In this document: one piece after another, positions 13,432 through 24,438 of the stretch
How positions within the stretch are numbered: the first letter of the stretch is position 1
Layout: each line of letters begins with the position of its first letter
Assembly (NCBI GenBank): GCA_021613535.1
Contig: CP075492.1
Location: forward strand, 14,260,001 to 14,324,000
Direction: 5' to 3'
Origin: Adineta vaga
Lineage: Eukaryota; Animalia; Rotifera
Length of the DNA: 64,000 bases
Translations under genes and position numbers: made by a program
Notes under the pieces: generated by a model
The model's input: only the letters and a program-made list of their open reading frames with translations
The model's database searches: none
Told to the model about the DNA's origin: nothing

Positions 13432-14265
13432 ATGGCCGATGATCAAAGTCTCGTTGTTGGGTGGTTACAAGCAGAATCTACATGGCAACAACAATTTCAT
13501 GGTTGGGATTTTTCACAACTAACAACAAATGGACGAATTTTATTCAACATGTCTGAAGAACAACTCGGTTGGGATTATACAAACATCATTTGTCAAACAG
13601 TAGAGAAACTTGCTGATTCAAGTGACGACATCTATTTGCTCGATTTAGGAACGGGTGGTGGTGAATATTTAGACACAATTCTATCTAAACTATCAACCAC
13701 AAGAAAGAAACTTGTAATATACGCAACTGAATCTTATCAACCAAATTTTTTACTTGCAAAAGAACGTTTGATGTCTCATGGTGTCATTGTTATTTATACT
13801 AACGAAGATAGTTTAGATAGTTTGTTACCATTCTCAGATGACGAAATCAAATTTGATTTGATCATCTCCCGTCATACATGTTATAATATTCGTGAAGTTG
13901 AACGTCTTCTCAAAGATGGAAGTGGTATGTTTATAACTCAGCAAGTAGATGGAACATCTAGTCAAGATTTGATTGAATTATTTGATCATCAACCAAAATG
14001 GCCATTTTTTAATCTTGATTATGCTTGTCAAACATTGAAAAGTCAAGCTCAACGAATGAAACTGATTCGTGCTGAAGAATCGGAAACAAAATTAGTATTC
14101 AAAGATATTAATGCATTAATCATTTATTTACATGCTGTACCATGGATGGTTGAAGATTTTAGTGTCCTGAAGTATCAACATGTGCTTTTGAAACTTTATC
14201 ATAGTCGACAACAAGCTTTAGAATTCAATAGTAAATATATGTTATTGCAAGCCATCAGAGAATGA
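13432..14265 (+). CDS. Class I SAM-dependent methyltransferase, bacterial-like, intronless
   Basis: Motif I LLDLGTGGGE, post-I TESY, motif II FDLIISRH, plus FxGWDFS, FITQQV and PWMVEDFSV segments recalled from a bacterial family. Likely start is MADDQ at 13432. Confidence 0.8.
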   Translation: MADDQSLVVGWLQAESTWQQQFHGWDFSQLTTNGRILFNMSEEQLGWDYTNIICQTVEKLADSSDDIYLLDLGTGGGEYLDTILSKLSTTRKKLVIYATESYQPNFLLAKERLMSHGVIVIYTNEDSLDSLLPFSDDEIKFDLIISRHTCYNIREVERLLKDGSGMFITQQVDGTSSQDLIELFDHQPKWPFFNLDYACQTLKSQAQRMKLIRAEESETKLVFKDINALIIYLHAVPWMVEDFSVLKYQHVLLKLYHSRQQALEFNSKYMLLQAIRE

Positions 14266-15238
14266 AGACTTCTTCTATAAGAAAATATTTTTATGAGAAG
14301 TTGATGAAGAATTTACGAGCATCGGTTTTTGCGTTTTTTTTCTACCGTGGATTGAAGAATAATGGAAGAAAGCAAACGTGGTATTTTTTTTATTTTCATT
14401 CTCGTTTGGTTTCTTCCTACTTACTTATATAATAAATAGTCGATAAACATAGATTCTATTACGTTGTTTTTCGTTTTTTAAACGAACTAATAATAAAAAT
14501 TTGCATTGTTATTGTTAGGATTAAAATGGTAATTATTCTTTTTCTTAGCTATAAAAAGCAAATACCTTTTTATATTCATATAGTATGACGGTACCGATGA
14601 AAGTGATAATGATGATGATGATGATGATTCTGCACTCATTCATCAACGTCCATGTAAGTTATTCACTCATAATTACAATACTGATAGGAAAATTTTATAA
14701 TTTATCCGTCTTGTATAGTTCCTGACTACTGTCAAGATGAAACTCGAGGTATTGAATCCTTTTCCTCCTGTCTAATGCGACACTACCATGCTTGTCCCAT
14801 ATTTTATACGTTTTTTGACAACGACACTCGATTTTATTCAACATTTCTCCAGTATTCGATATGTTCGTATTCTTATCGATGAATATAATCTTAATTCAAT
14901 TATGGATTGGAATGAATGGAACACTCTTTTTCCTACATGTTAACAGTTAAAGAAGATAACAATAGAGAAATAGCCAAATATAGCAGGTGGAGAACGATAT
15001 GTGCAAAAAGCTGCGGAAATACGAAGAGTATTTGCACAATATACAATGAACGTTTATTATCTATTCATGTTTTTTTTGACAAAATGCATCTATATATATA
15101 TATCGTGATAATGTCGATGGCTTTCGCCCTAACCATCAATTCTTATCTGACTTTTTCGTTGTATTTGTCATGTTTTATATATTTTTATCAAAAAAAAACG
15201 CATATAAGTAACCAAAATTCTTTCTCTAGATAATTATC

Positions 15239-16213
15239 ATGAATGTCACAATACTTGATGATTATTTTGATACAATTCGTACACTTCACTGTTATAAAAT
15301 GCTAAATGGTTATAATGTTACCATATGGAATGATCAAGTACAGGATATAAATACATTGGTCGATCGCCTTAAAGATACGGAAATTTTGGTATTGATTCGT
15401 GAACGTACTCGGATTACGGGTGAACTGCTCGAACGATTACCTTATTTGAAACTAATCAGTCAACGTAGTGTTTACCCACATATTGATATTAATGCTTGTA
15501 ATCGTTTGAGTATTATAGTTTCATCCAATCAACATACGGATACTCCTTCATATGCTGCAGCTGAATTAACTTGGGGACTTATCTTAGCAGCGATGCGTCA
15601 AATTCCTCAACAAATGGCTGCTCTTAAAGAAGGTAAGTGGCAAATTGGTATTGGTGCTACATTACGTGGAAAAACACTTGGTATCTATGGTTATGGTAGA
15701 ATTGGAAGTACAGTTGCCGGATATGGAAAAGCATTCGGTATGAATATACTTATTTGGGCACGTGAAGCGTCTCTTGCTCGTGCTCGTTCAGATGGATATA
15801 CAACAGCTAGTAGTAAAGAAGAATTTTTTAAAACATGTGATGTTTTATCACTTCATATGCGTTTGGTAGATGCAACACGTGATATAGTTACTAGTGATGA
15901 TCTTGCTTTGATGAAGACAACTGCTCTTATCGTTAATACTAGTCGAGCAGGACTCATTCAATCGAATGCATTGATCAGCGCATTACGTGCTGGTCGACCT
16001 GGTATGGCAGCTGTAGATGTATTTGAAAATGAACCCATGCGAGATACAACAAATCCACTTTTAACGATGAATAATGTTATTTGTACTCCTCATATTGGTT
16101 ATGTTTCAATTGATGAATATGAAATTCAATTTACTGATATTTTTCAACAGATTCTGGCCTATGCCAATGGAAATCCTATTCATGTTGTCAATCCACAAGT
16201 CATTCGACAATGA
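15239..16213 (+). CDS. D-2-hydroxyacid dehydrogenase (SerA-like family), bacterial-like, intronless
   Basis: [13 protein letters not shown] Rossmann motif, VNTSRA (Arg), DVFENEP (Glu), CTPHIGY (His). Confidence 0.92.
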   Translation: MNVTILDDYFDTIRTLHCYKMLNGYNVTIWNDQVQDINTLVDRLKDTEILVLIRERTRITGELLERLPYLKLISQRSVYPHIDINACNRLSIIVSSNQHTDTPSYAAAELTWGLILAAMRQIPQQMAALKEGKWQIGIGATLRGKTLGIYGYGRIGSTVAGYGKAFGMNILIWAREASLARARSDGYTTASSKEEFFKTCDVLSLHMRLVDATRDIVTSDDLALMKTTALIVNTSRAGLIQSNALISALRAGRPGMAAVDVFENEPMRDTTNPLLTMNNVICTPHIGYVSIDEYEIQFTDIFQQILAYANGNPIHVVNPQVIRQ

Positions 16214-16294
16214 TATTGTTTGTTCTTTTGTTTTCACTATAAAAATCTTATGATTCGAAATACAAAAAATTCCATGAAATTTTATTAAAAAAAA

Positions 16295-17173
16295 TCAAAC
16301 AGGTCTTTCACCAATAATTGTTGCACGATGCATTTGTCGACGATTAGGCCAATAATCACCGATAGCATAATGTTGAGTTGATCGATTATCCCAAAATGCC
16401 ACATCATTTTCTTTCCAATGCCATCGTACTGTATATTCTGGTTTGTTAACTAAACTAAATAAATAATCTAATAAAATATGACTTTCTATATCATTTAAAC
16501 CAATTATTCTTGTTGTAAATGTCGTATTAACAAATAATAATTTACGTTTTGTTATTGGATGTGTTCGAATTACTGGATGTATAACAGGTGGATAATCTTT
16601 TTTGGCTTTATCTAATTTTTCTTGTGCATCAGGTCCATGAACGTTTGTTAAATTAAAATTTTTTGCATAAGAATGTTCAGCTGATAATTTACTCAGAAAC
16701 TCTTGCATTGGTGATGACAGAGAATCATAGGCTAAATACATATTTGACCATAGAGTATCACCACCAGTTGATGGAAGTTCACGTGCATATAAAATACAGC
16801 CAAGTGCTGGTGTTTCTGTGAATGTTATATCTGTATGCCAACTATCATTACCTGGTTTTCTATCAAAATCATATTCAAGAAGCATTAATTCCGGTGTACC
16901 TGGAACATGAGAATAAAATGGATGTGTATGTAAACTACCGAATAATTGAGCAAAATCCCGATGTTGCTGTGGAGTTAGATGTTGATTACGAAAAAATATA
17001 ACCTGATGTTTGATTAATGCTCGTTCGATCTGTTCGACAATATTTGGTTTATTCACTGCTTCTGATAAATCAATATCATGAATAATTGCACCAATAGATG
17101 GTACTAATACTTCAATATTTAAATCGTTTGTATCAGTTCGAATAGTTGTTTGTTCATTATGATCGGAACTCAT
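16295..17173 (-). CDS. tauD: Taurine/alkylsulfonate dioxygenase, TauD/TfdA Fe(II)/2OG family, intronless CDS
   Basis: HxD motif WHTDITF, GGDTLW, HPVIRTHP, distal His in WDNRSTQHYA, RxMHRATI. Confidence 0.9.
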   Translation of the reverse strand: MSSDHNEQTTIRTDTNDLNIEVLVPSIGAIIHDIDLSEAVNKPNIVEQIERALIKHQVIFFRNQHLTPQQHRDFAQLFGSLHTHPFYSHVPGTPELMLLEYDFDRKPGNDSWHTDITFTETPALGCILYARELPSTGGDTLWSNMYLAYDSLSSPMQEFLSKLSAEHSYAKNFNLTNVHGPDAQEKLDKAKKDYPPVIHPVIRTHPITKRKLLFVNTTFTTRIIGLNDIESHILLDYLFSLVNKPEYTVRWHWKENDVAFWDNRSTQHYAIGDYWPNRRQMHRATIIGERPV

Positions 17174-17697
17174 TTTTATTATTCTAAAATAGAATCATGT
17201 AAACATTTTATATAGGTATAGACATTGCTAGAGGATTGAAAACTTTTGGACGACAAGCAATTACCATGATAGAATAGTTGAATCACTTTCTTAAATGAAA
17301 ATTATACTGCAATAGAAAACTATAAAAGAAAATAAATATAAAAGGTAAGAGATTTTTTTTATGTAGATGGTTTACCTTGAAAGATAAGAAAAACAATGTC
17401 AAGAGCATGTTCTTATTTTTTTCAGAAGTGCAAAGTTAAAAAGATAAAAAAGACTTCATTTTTCTCCTCTCTCTCTCTCTCTTCTGTTCTGAATAAATAT
17501 ATCTTTCGATTCTTATTGTATTTTCTTGTTTTTCGTTCTTTATTACGAGGTCATTATTCATATTTTTCTCATTCGAATTCATACACACGCATCATTATGG
17601 ATATTCTAAAGACTATTTTTAATATTTATTTTTTTTAATCAAGAAATTACAAGAAAATAATCAATTTCTATGTATGAAACATATAATAAATGAAGGA

Positions 17698-18426
17698 TTA
17701 ATTTTGTTCATCAATGATTTTCTTATTCTCCTTAATAAGTCGTGCTAGTTTCAAAGCAATTTTAATCACAAATATCTATAAATAAAACACAAATAATAAT
17801 TTATTATTTTTCATATCATCAAGACGAAATTCATACTCGAATAAGAATAAATGCAATACCAACAATTGACAATATCGCTATGAATCTTGATGGTCCAGCA
17901 TTTTGATGAAGTTTTTTCGAAAAAAATAACCATCCAACAACACTCAAGATGGTCATGATTAAGATACCAAGAACAACAATCAAGATAATGTTCAACCATG
18001 CAAACTACGAAGTAAAAAATAATTATTTTGATTCGTTTTTTTTTCAATATAAAGAAATAACATACCACAATTAAACCAATTCGATGATATTTGTAAGCAA
18101 CAAATAGTCCAAAACCATTCAAAAGAATCCAAGCTGAAGCTTGAATAATATGATAAACTATGACATATATTCCTTGATCATGCAAGAACTTAACTCCATT
18201 AATACCGAGAATAAGATCGATCACAGACAATATCTAAAGAAGACTACATTTGATATATGATTTACAAATTTATCACATTTCTTACAAAGAGAATTCCATT
18301 GAAAATCAAATGAATCTGACGAGTTCGTTGAATTTGAAGATTATCAGTGAGTGGGAAAGGTTTTGAAAGAGGCATGTAAGGGCCATCTGATAGAACAGCT
18401 TTTCCATTTGATGAATCGTAGTCCAT
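17698..18426 (-). CDS. Small multi-pass (~4 TM) membrane protein, multi-exon
   Basis: Hydrophobic exon segments (ORFs 18262-18543 and 17811-18230) separated by short GT-AG introns. ATG of MDYDSS at 18426. Confidence 0.55.
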
Positions 18427-19557
18427 TTCAATTATAGATGTATACACTTGTTTTCTTCTTCCACAAGAGCAAGATAAATGTGTATGTTTATCTTCTTTGT
18501 TTGTTTTGAACTTATGAACACAAAGAAACAATGAAGATGTCAACGATTGGTCAACAGAATAACCAAGACAAAATATATTCTACATGATATTTATTCATAC
18601 ACATATATCGTTGGTATATATGTGTATGAAGAGAATCAACAAAGTAACAATAATTATTTCTGGAATGAAGCAAACGCTTTATAATTGGAAGAAAGATTAT
18701 AGACTAGATGTAAATGCGAATGATTGTGAGCTTTTTTCGTGTAAAATTTAGTTTCTGTGAACAAAGACTATTGTATGTACTCTCAGGCGAAGAAAAAAAT
18801 TTATTTTCTATAATAAAATTTTTTAACTCTGGGATTAATTTTTATAGTCGTGACTGTCTATCAAAGTGTTATTATTCAAAAAGTGAAATGAGATTCATTG
18901 AACAGAGGAAGGCAGACTCTTGTACTTCAAGTTATTATGCGGTATCAGATATAAATTGAATATTAGTGTATCAATCAATCATGATTTATTATCAAGATCA
19001 TGTTGACGACATTGTCATTGCGTTGTTGCATCATACATGAAGACCTGGAACGAATTGAGAGAGTAATTATCGTCTCTCCTCTCGATTCAAACATACTACT
19101 TAATAAAATAAAAATGATGAAAAGAGTAAATCTGAAAACAAGATTAACAATTAAGAGGATTATCACGAGAACATAAACAAACGACGTATATTCACATATT
19201 GCATCTTTATTGCCTTTTGTATTTTAGTATGGTTGTTAAAAAATGATTCTATTATTGAATAAAACATAAATAAAAGATTTAATTACTTCGTCCTAATTTG
19301 ATATTTTTCTTTTAAATGTGTTCAATGGCTAAACAAAAGCATAAGAGAAGGCCATGATATAGTTAAGAACAGTAAACATGATTCTTCTACAATCAGGAAC
19401 CACCTACAGATTTTTCTCTTAAGAGGAAAATCTGCTTAAATTTTTATTAGATTGCTTTATATGCGTCTTATAGATTCTGAAAATGAACATCTTAATTGTT
19501 TTTTTTTCAAACTATAAACAATTCAACGGTTGCGCATATTCTCTTTCATCACTCAAA

Positions 19558-20508
19558 ATGAACTCGTCGACGTATCAACTACCAAATATTCTTATTGATT
19601 GTTCAATCATAACATTCTCGGCAATCACTATTTGCATTTCTCTCGCAATATTACAATTGATTCTATCTGAGTTAATCGAAAGAAAAAACTTTCCACATCG
19701 AGTGGCATCTCTTCTAACAGCAAATGTTTATTTATCATTATTCTTCTTCTCCGTATTAGCACTTGAACAATTTGTACGTGCATATCTGGGACATCGTTAT
19801 TTGATAGTATCATTAAGTGATGGAATCTATTGTCAATTTCGTTGTTATTTGCAATGGGTGTCCATTTGTGGAATCATGTATTCAAATACTTTACAAGGAA
19901 TCTATCGTTTATGTCGAATTGTTTTTCATACAAAGCAAGTACTTCAATCATTTCACTTCTACATGAAAATGATTGTGATTCAGTGGATTCTTTGTTTCAC
20001 AATTCTCATTCCTTCATTTTTTCTTGATGGTTATAAGTATTCGGTAGAGAACTACTATTGTGAAAATGATTATAGAAACATTCAAAGTACATTCTTTAAT
20101 GGTGCTTTTTCTTATTCTATTCCATTGGAGGTAACGACTACATGTTATGTTTATACATGGATGAAAATGCATCGAAGAGATAATAATTTGTTACAAACAA
20201 TGTCACGGATTCGAGAGATGAGTGCACGACGTGATTTGATTGTACTTTTTCGAATCTGCATCATTCATGGATTACTATTGGTATTCTTCACACCTTCTGT
20301 AATATTACTTTTTATTTATATTGGCACCGGATATGTACCTTGGTGGTCATCACAAGTTCAATGGCTTGTTTTGAGTTTCTCGATAGCTTGCGTTAGTGTT
20401 TTATTACTATTTGTATCACCTTATGTTCGAGAATTATGGATAAAACGATTTCATCGTCAACATCGTCACGATCAAACAACCGTACAAATTATTATGAGAG
20501 TAATGTGA
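19558..20508 (+). CDS. Rhodopsin-like 7TM GPCR, paralogue 1
   Basis: Seven hydrophobic helices, Cys at top of TM3 (YCQFR), YRL at the DRY position, ECL2 Cys, TM7 SP. Intronless. Confidence 0.85.
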   Translation: MNSSTYQLPNILIDCSIITFSAITICISLAILQLILSELIERKNFPHRVASLLTANVYLSLFFFSVLALEQFVRAYLGHRYLIVSLSDGIYCQFRCYLQWVSICGIMYSNTLQGIYRLCRIVFHTKQVLQSFHFYMKMIVIQWILCFTILIPSFFLDGYKYSVENYYCENDYRNIQSTFFNGAFSYSIPLEVTTTCYVYTWMKMHRRDNNLLQTMSRIREMSARRDLIVLFRICIIHGLLLVFFTPSVILLFIYIGTGYVPWWSSQVQWLVLSFSIACVSVLLLFVSPYVRELWIKRFHRQHRHDQTTVQIIMRVM

Positions 20509-20916
20509 CCGTTCAATGCACTGAGATCATTATTCTTATGCATGAAACATACTCTTTATGAAAGTATGTATGAACGTGAGCTTTATACGCTTGACTATCT
20601 GCAACATTTACACTCTCAAAGATTGTTATTATCCCATCAGTTGAGGCATGTATGTTTCCGATTGCTTTGGCGTTTTAGTTATCGTTTGTTGACGAGAACT
20701 TAATTAGAACGAATGTATTTGTTAATGTAATAAAAAAATAAAAATATTGATACTGTTCATATCTCAAAAGGCTTGATATTTTTTTAATGATGTGATTTTG
20801 TCCGATTCGAATGATTATTAGAAAAAATACGAATATAAGAGTATAATAGAAATCATTAATCTCATCTTCAAGAATTACAACGAATACTACATGCATACAT
20901 ATTAAATGTTGATTAG

Positions 20917-22983
20917 TTAAAAATATCCAGATTCTACAGTGGTCACTCCGCTACTAGTTGTTGTTATTATTGTATAGCTATTGACATTGTTAGGCTGTGC
21001 TGTTCCATATAAATCATATTGTGCTGCAACATTATATGTTCCACTAGCACAGTTGATTGTTTGTCCACTTATTATTGTCCATGTATAGATTATCTCTGAG
21101 CCATTGTCAATATAAGATTGATTAATTTGTCCAGGCGCAAATGAATTAGAATAACCATTGAATGTTGCACCAACGGTCTTCGGTACAGTGATTTGTATGG
21201 TCACATTAGTCCAAGGAGTTGAACAACTAATAACGATGTTATCACGAGCATAATAGTTGCCTCGAGTCGATGATATACTGACACTACCTATGAACATCAA
21301 TAAGAAAGATTTCTGTATCTTAAATGCTCTTAGAAGATAAAATATAACGAAGAGATTCTGCTCACTTACCAGTAGTAGTTGTAATTGCTGTTGAGGCGGT
21401 AGTGCTCGTTGTTGTCACCGCCGATGTTATTGTACTGGTAGTTGTTTCTGTTGTTGTCGGTGTTGTTGTAGTTGTACTAGTAGTTGTCAGTGGTGTTGTA
21501 GTTGTGCTGATAGTTGTCAGTGTTGTTGATGTAGTAGTTGCAGTACTAGTAGTCGATGTCAATGCTATCGATATGAAAAAAATATTTTATGTATGTTTTA
21601 ATTATTTTTAAAGCATTCCGCTGGTGACGTTCTCGAGTAATAACTCTCATAAATATATTAACAGAATAACATTAGTGACTATAATAGATACAGTTTCTCA
21701 CATAATCCAGCAGTATTCTTTTTCTTAGAACTACAGCTGAAAGTATAGTCCAAAAGAATATATTAAGTTAACGCAAAATTTCTAAAATTAATATTAGAAT
21801 TTCATTAGATCGTCCAATACTATGCTTTTCTGATGTCAAATATCAGATTACTTGTTTCTGGTAGTGATGCAATTATTATTTGGTATAGAACTTATTCATC
21901 TACATCATGGTATTGTTGCGTGAATGTTATTGTGATAGAAGCAAGAAGCGTCGACTTACCAGTTGTAATGCTGAATTTTTCTATGAGAAGCATTCCAATT
22001 AGTGTTGCAAGACCAATGAGCAATACTCCCAAACAGAGACTTATTGCCAAGCAACAACATGGTGAACAACACGATAAATTCATGCCACAAAGATAACGAC
22101 GACGACGACGATGATGATGATTGAATTGATTTTGTTTTCTATGCTTATCCTTGAAATAGGATAACAATATGTAAACGAAAAAAAGCAGATGATTTTCAAA
22201 ATCTTTACTAGATTTAAAATTACACAAGTTATCTGACAGCTACTGAATTAGATTAGAAGTCTTTTTACTGTATCTCATAGATAGAAAATTTCGTGAGTCT
22301 TCTTTATCATATTAAAGAAAGTTTGTATACGTACTTCATTATCGTTGAAAAAAGATTTTCTAGGAATGATATATAATGTACTGGATGTTGAAAATGGTTC
22401 GATACGTGATGCAAATGAATTATTCGAATGCATCTTAGTACGAAATGAGTCAAAATGAGTTAAAGATGACGATATCTAAATGTTGAAGATGTGTTAATAT
22501 GTTAATAGAGACAGAACTGAGCTGCTATCATAGTATTACTTTCTTCGAGTTTACATGTGACAACGGAAAAAATGAACTGTCGGTAGTTGTCTATAATGAA
22601 AGATCAAACATAATATCGATTTGAATAAGAATTGTGAGAGATAAATGTATTACTCGAAATTTTGGTTCAGACTGATTTGGTGCTTGATTAAGAGAAGAAA
22701 TGCTCTTAGGCACATCGACAGCTAGTAAATTCACATCAATAGACTTTTTCGCATTCCATCGTGAAGATGCTGATACTTTTCCTTTTGAATTGATGAAACT
22801 GATGGGTTTTGTTCTCTATTACAAAAGCATTAAATTAAAAAGAAATAGGTCAATATAAATTAAACACAAAATTAGTACTTGTGAATAATGTCGGTACTGT
22901 TTTGGTTTTCTCTTAACTCTAACGACTGTGATTGTTGATGAACGATCCATATTGACGCCCTTCGAATGTTCTGTTTCTCTCAT
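20917..22983 (-). CDS. Type II membrane protein: Ser-rich cytosolic part, Arg/Cys-rich + TM, Thr-rich stalk, C-terminal ~120-aa beta domain; multi-exon
   Basis: RRRRYLCG..CCSPCCCLAISLCLGVLLIGLATL TM segment, Thr-rich exon 21368-21567, terminal exon 20917-21287. Exons are flanked by GT/AG. Confidence 0.6.
21365..21562 (-). repeat. Low-complexity Thr-rich (mucin-like) coding repeat
   Basis: ACA/ACT codon runs with ~30-bp reiterations (e.g. gttgtcagtggtgttgtagttgt). Confidence 0.8.
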
Positions 22984-24438
22984 AATGAAAAAAAGTATTA
23001 TAATATGATTTGGAATTCAAATGAGGTGTTGTTTATACGCCTTCTCATATGTATGTATGTATGTTCCTGATAACTTTTTTACACTATGCGACAATATGAA
23101 AAAGAAATGGAAGAAACTAAAAGAACGAACGAAATCATACAAATACTTATTTTGTCATAATTTTCGTATCACAGAGAGAAAATCAATAATCTGCTTCACA
23201 ACAGTGATAATTGCAGCTATGGCAACGAACATATTCTTCTAATTCTTCTTATCAACTATTTGAATCTAGTTTACATTTATTAGTGCTAACATTTAATATT
23301 CGTGAAATACTCTCTCTTTTCACTTAAGAGGAAGAGAAAATTGATTAATAAAGCAAAAACTGATCGTTCTATCGATGTACACGTATTCATTAAAGGCATG
23401 TGAAACATTGATAGGTTGTCAACAGTATTCTAAGTGAAATTATACTGAGTCATTTTGACTGTCAATTGTCCACTCCATATTTGCATCGGTTGGTAATTCC
23501 TTAGTCGAGAACATACAAAATGATGCGCATAGCGTGAAAGATTCAGTCATCAATTTTATAAATCTTGTTCGGAAAAAGAATATGATCATTGTAAAGATAA
23601 TCCAGTTGGAAGATAATATCACTTCGAAATTAATTTCATATAGCATCGGATATGCATGCTGTAATATTAAAGTAACGACTGAAGCTTTTGGGAAGCCATA
23701 TTGATGCTCCCAAGCCTTGATGTGGAAGACGTTGCTACTAGTTCAAATATCTGACAGTGCCCTTTGTTATACTAAGTATCGTATATCTTCATGTAAAATT
23801 ATCATGTCAAAATACATTTCGTATGGTGTTTTATTCAAACTTGAAATTTCCGAATCATAAGTTTCTTATCGGTCAAGAACAGCACTACAATTCGTATTTT
23901 GTGGGAAAAAGAAAAGAATGGTAGGGATAGATATGAGCAATACGTCTGTACCACATTCGCACCCTCATTTCCTGTATTGCTTGCGATCGATACTAAACAT
24001 CTTGTAGCGACACTAAACGCTATTTAAAATGTTTTCACCCGGTTACAATCCTCTGTTTACGGTAGAGAATCATTGGATAATATTGTATTCGTATAATTAC
24101 TGTACAATCTTTGATGAAAGAGATGTATGCACTGATGGGACTACGTTTGTATTTATTTCTTCCTGTTAAATCGAATCGTTTTGATACAAAACACACGCTT
24201 ATATACTCTTCCGTGAAATAAAAGGAAAGGAAAGATAATACCAAAGTACATCAATATGTACTGAAGTAAACACATAAGAAGAAACGAAAGGATGACTAGC
24301 TTGCCTACAACGCATGTAAGCAAGGTCGTCACCTTCGTAATTTTTTTTAACCTTATGAAACAATTAATAAATACAGACACGTGTCGTAAGATGGATATAA
24401 TATAGTTTATAACGACGAAATATCATTCGACAGAAATA

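Noticed and set aside
13432-17173. Bacterial contamination or an intact transferred operon
   Set aside because: Host-like AT content, mixed orientation, a 1-kb spacer and no Shine-Dalgarno/operon spacing; flanked by spliced genes.
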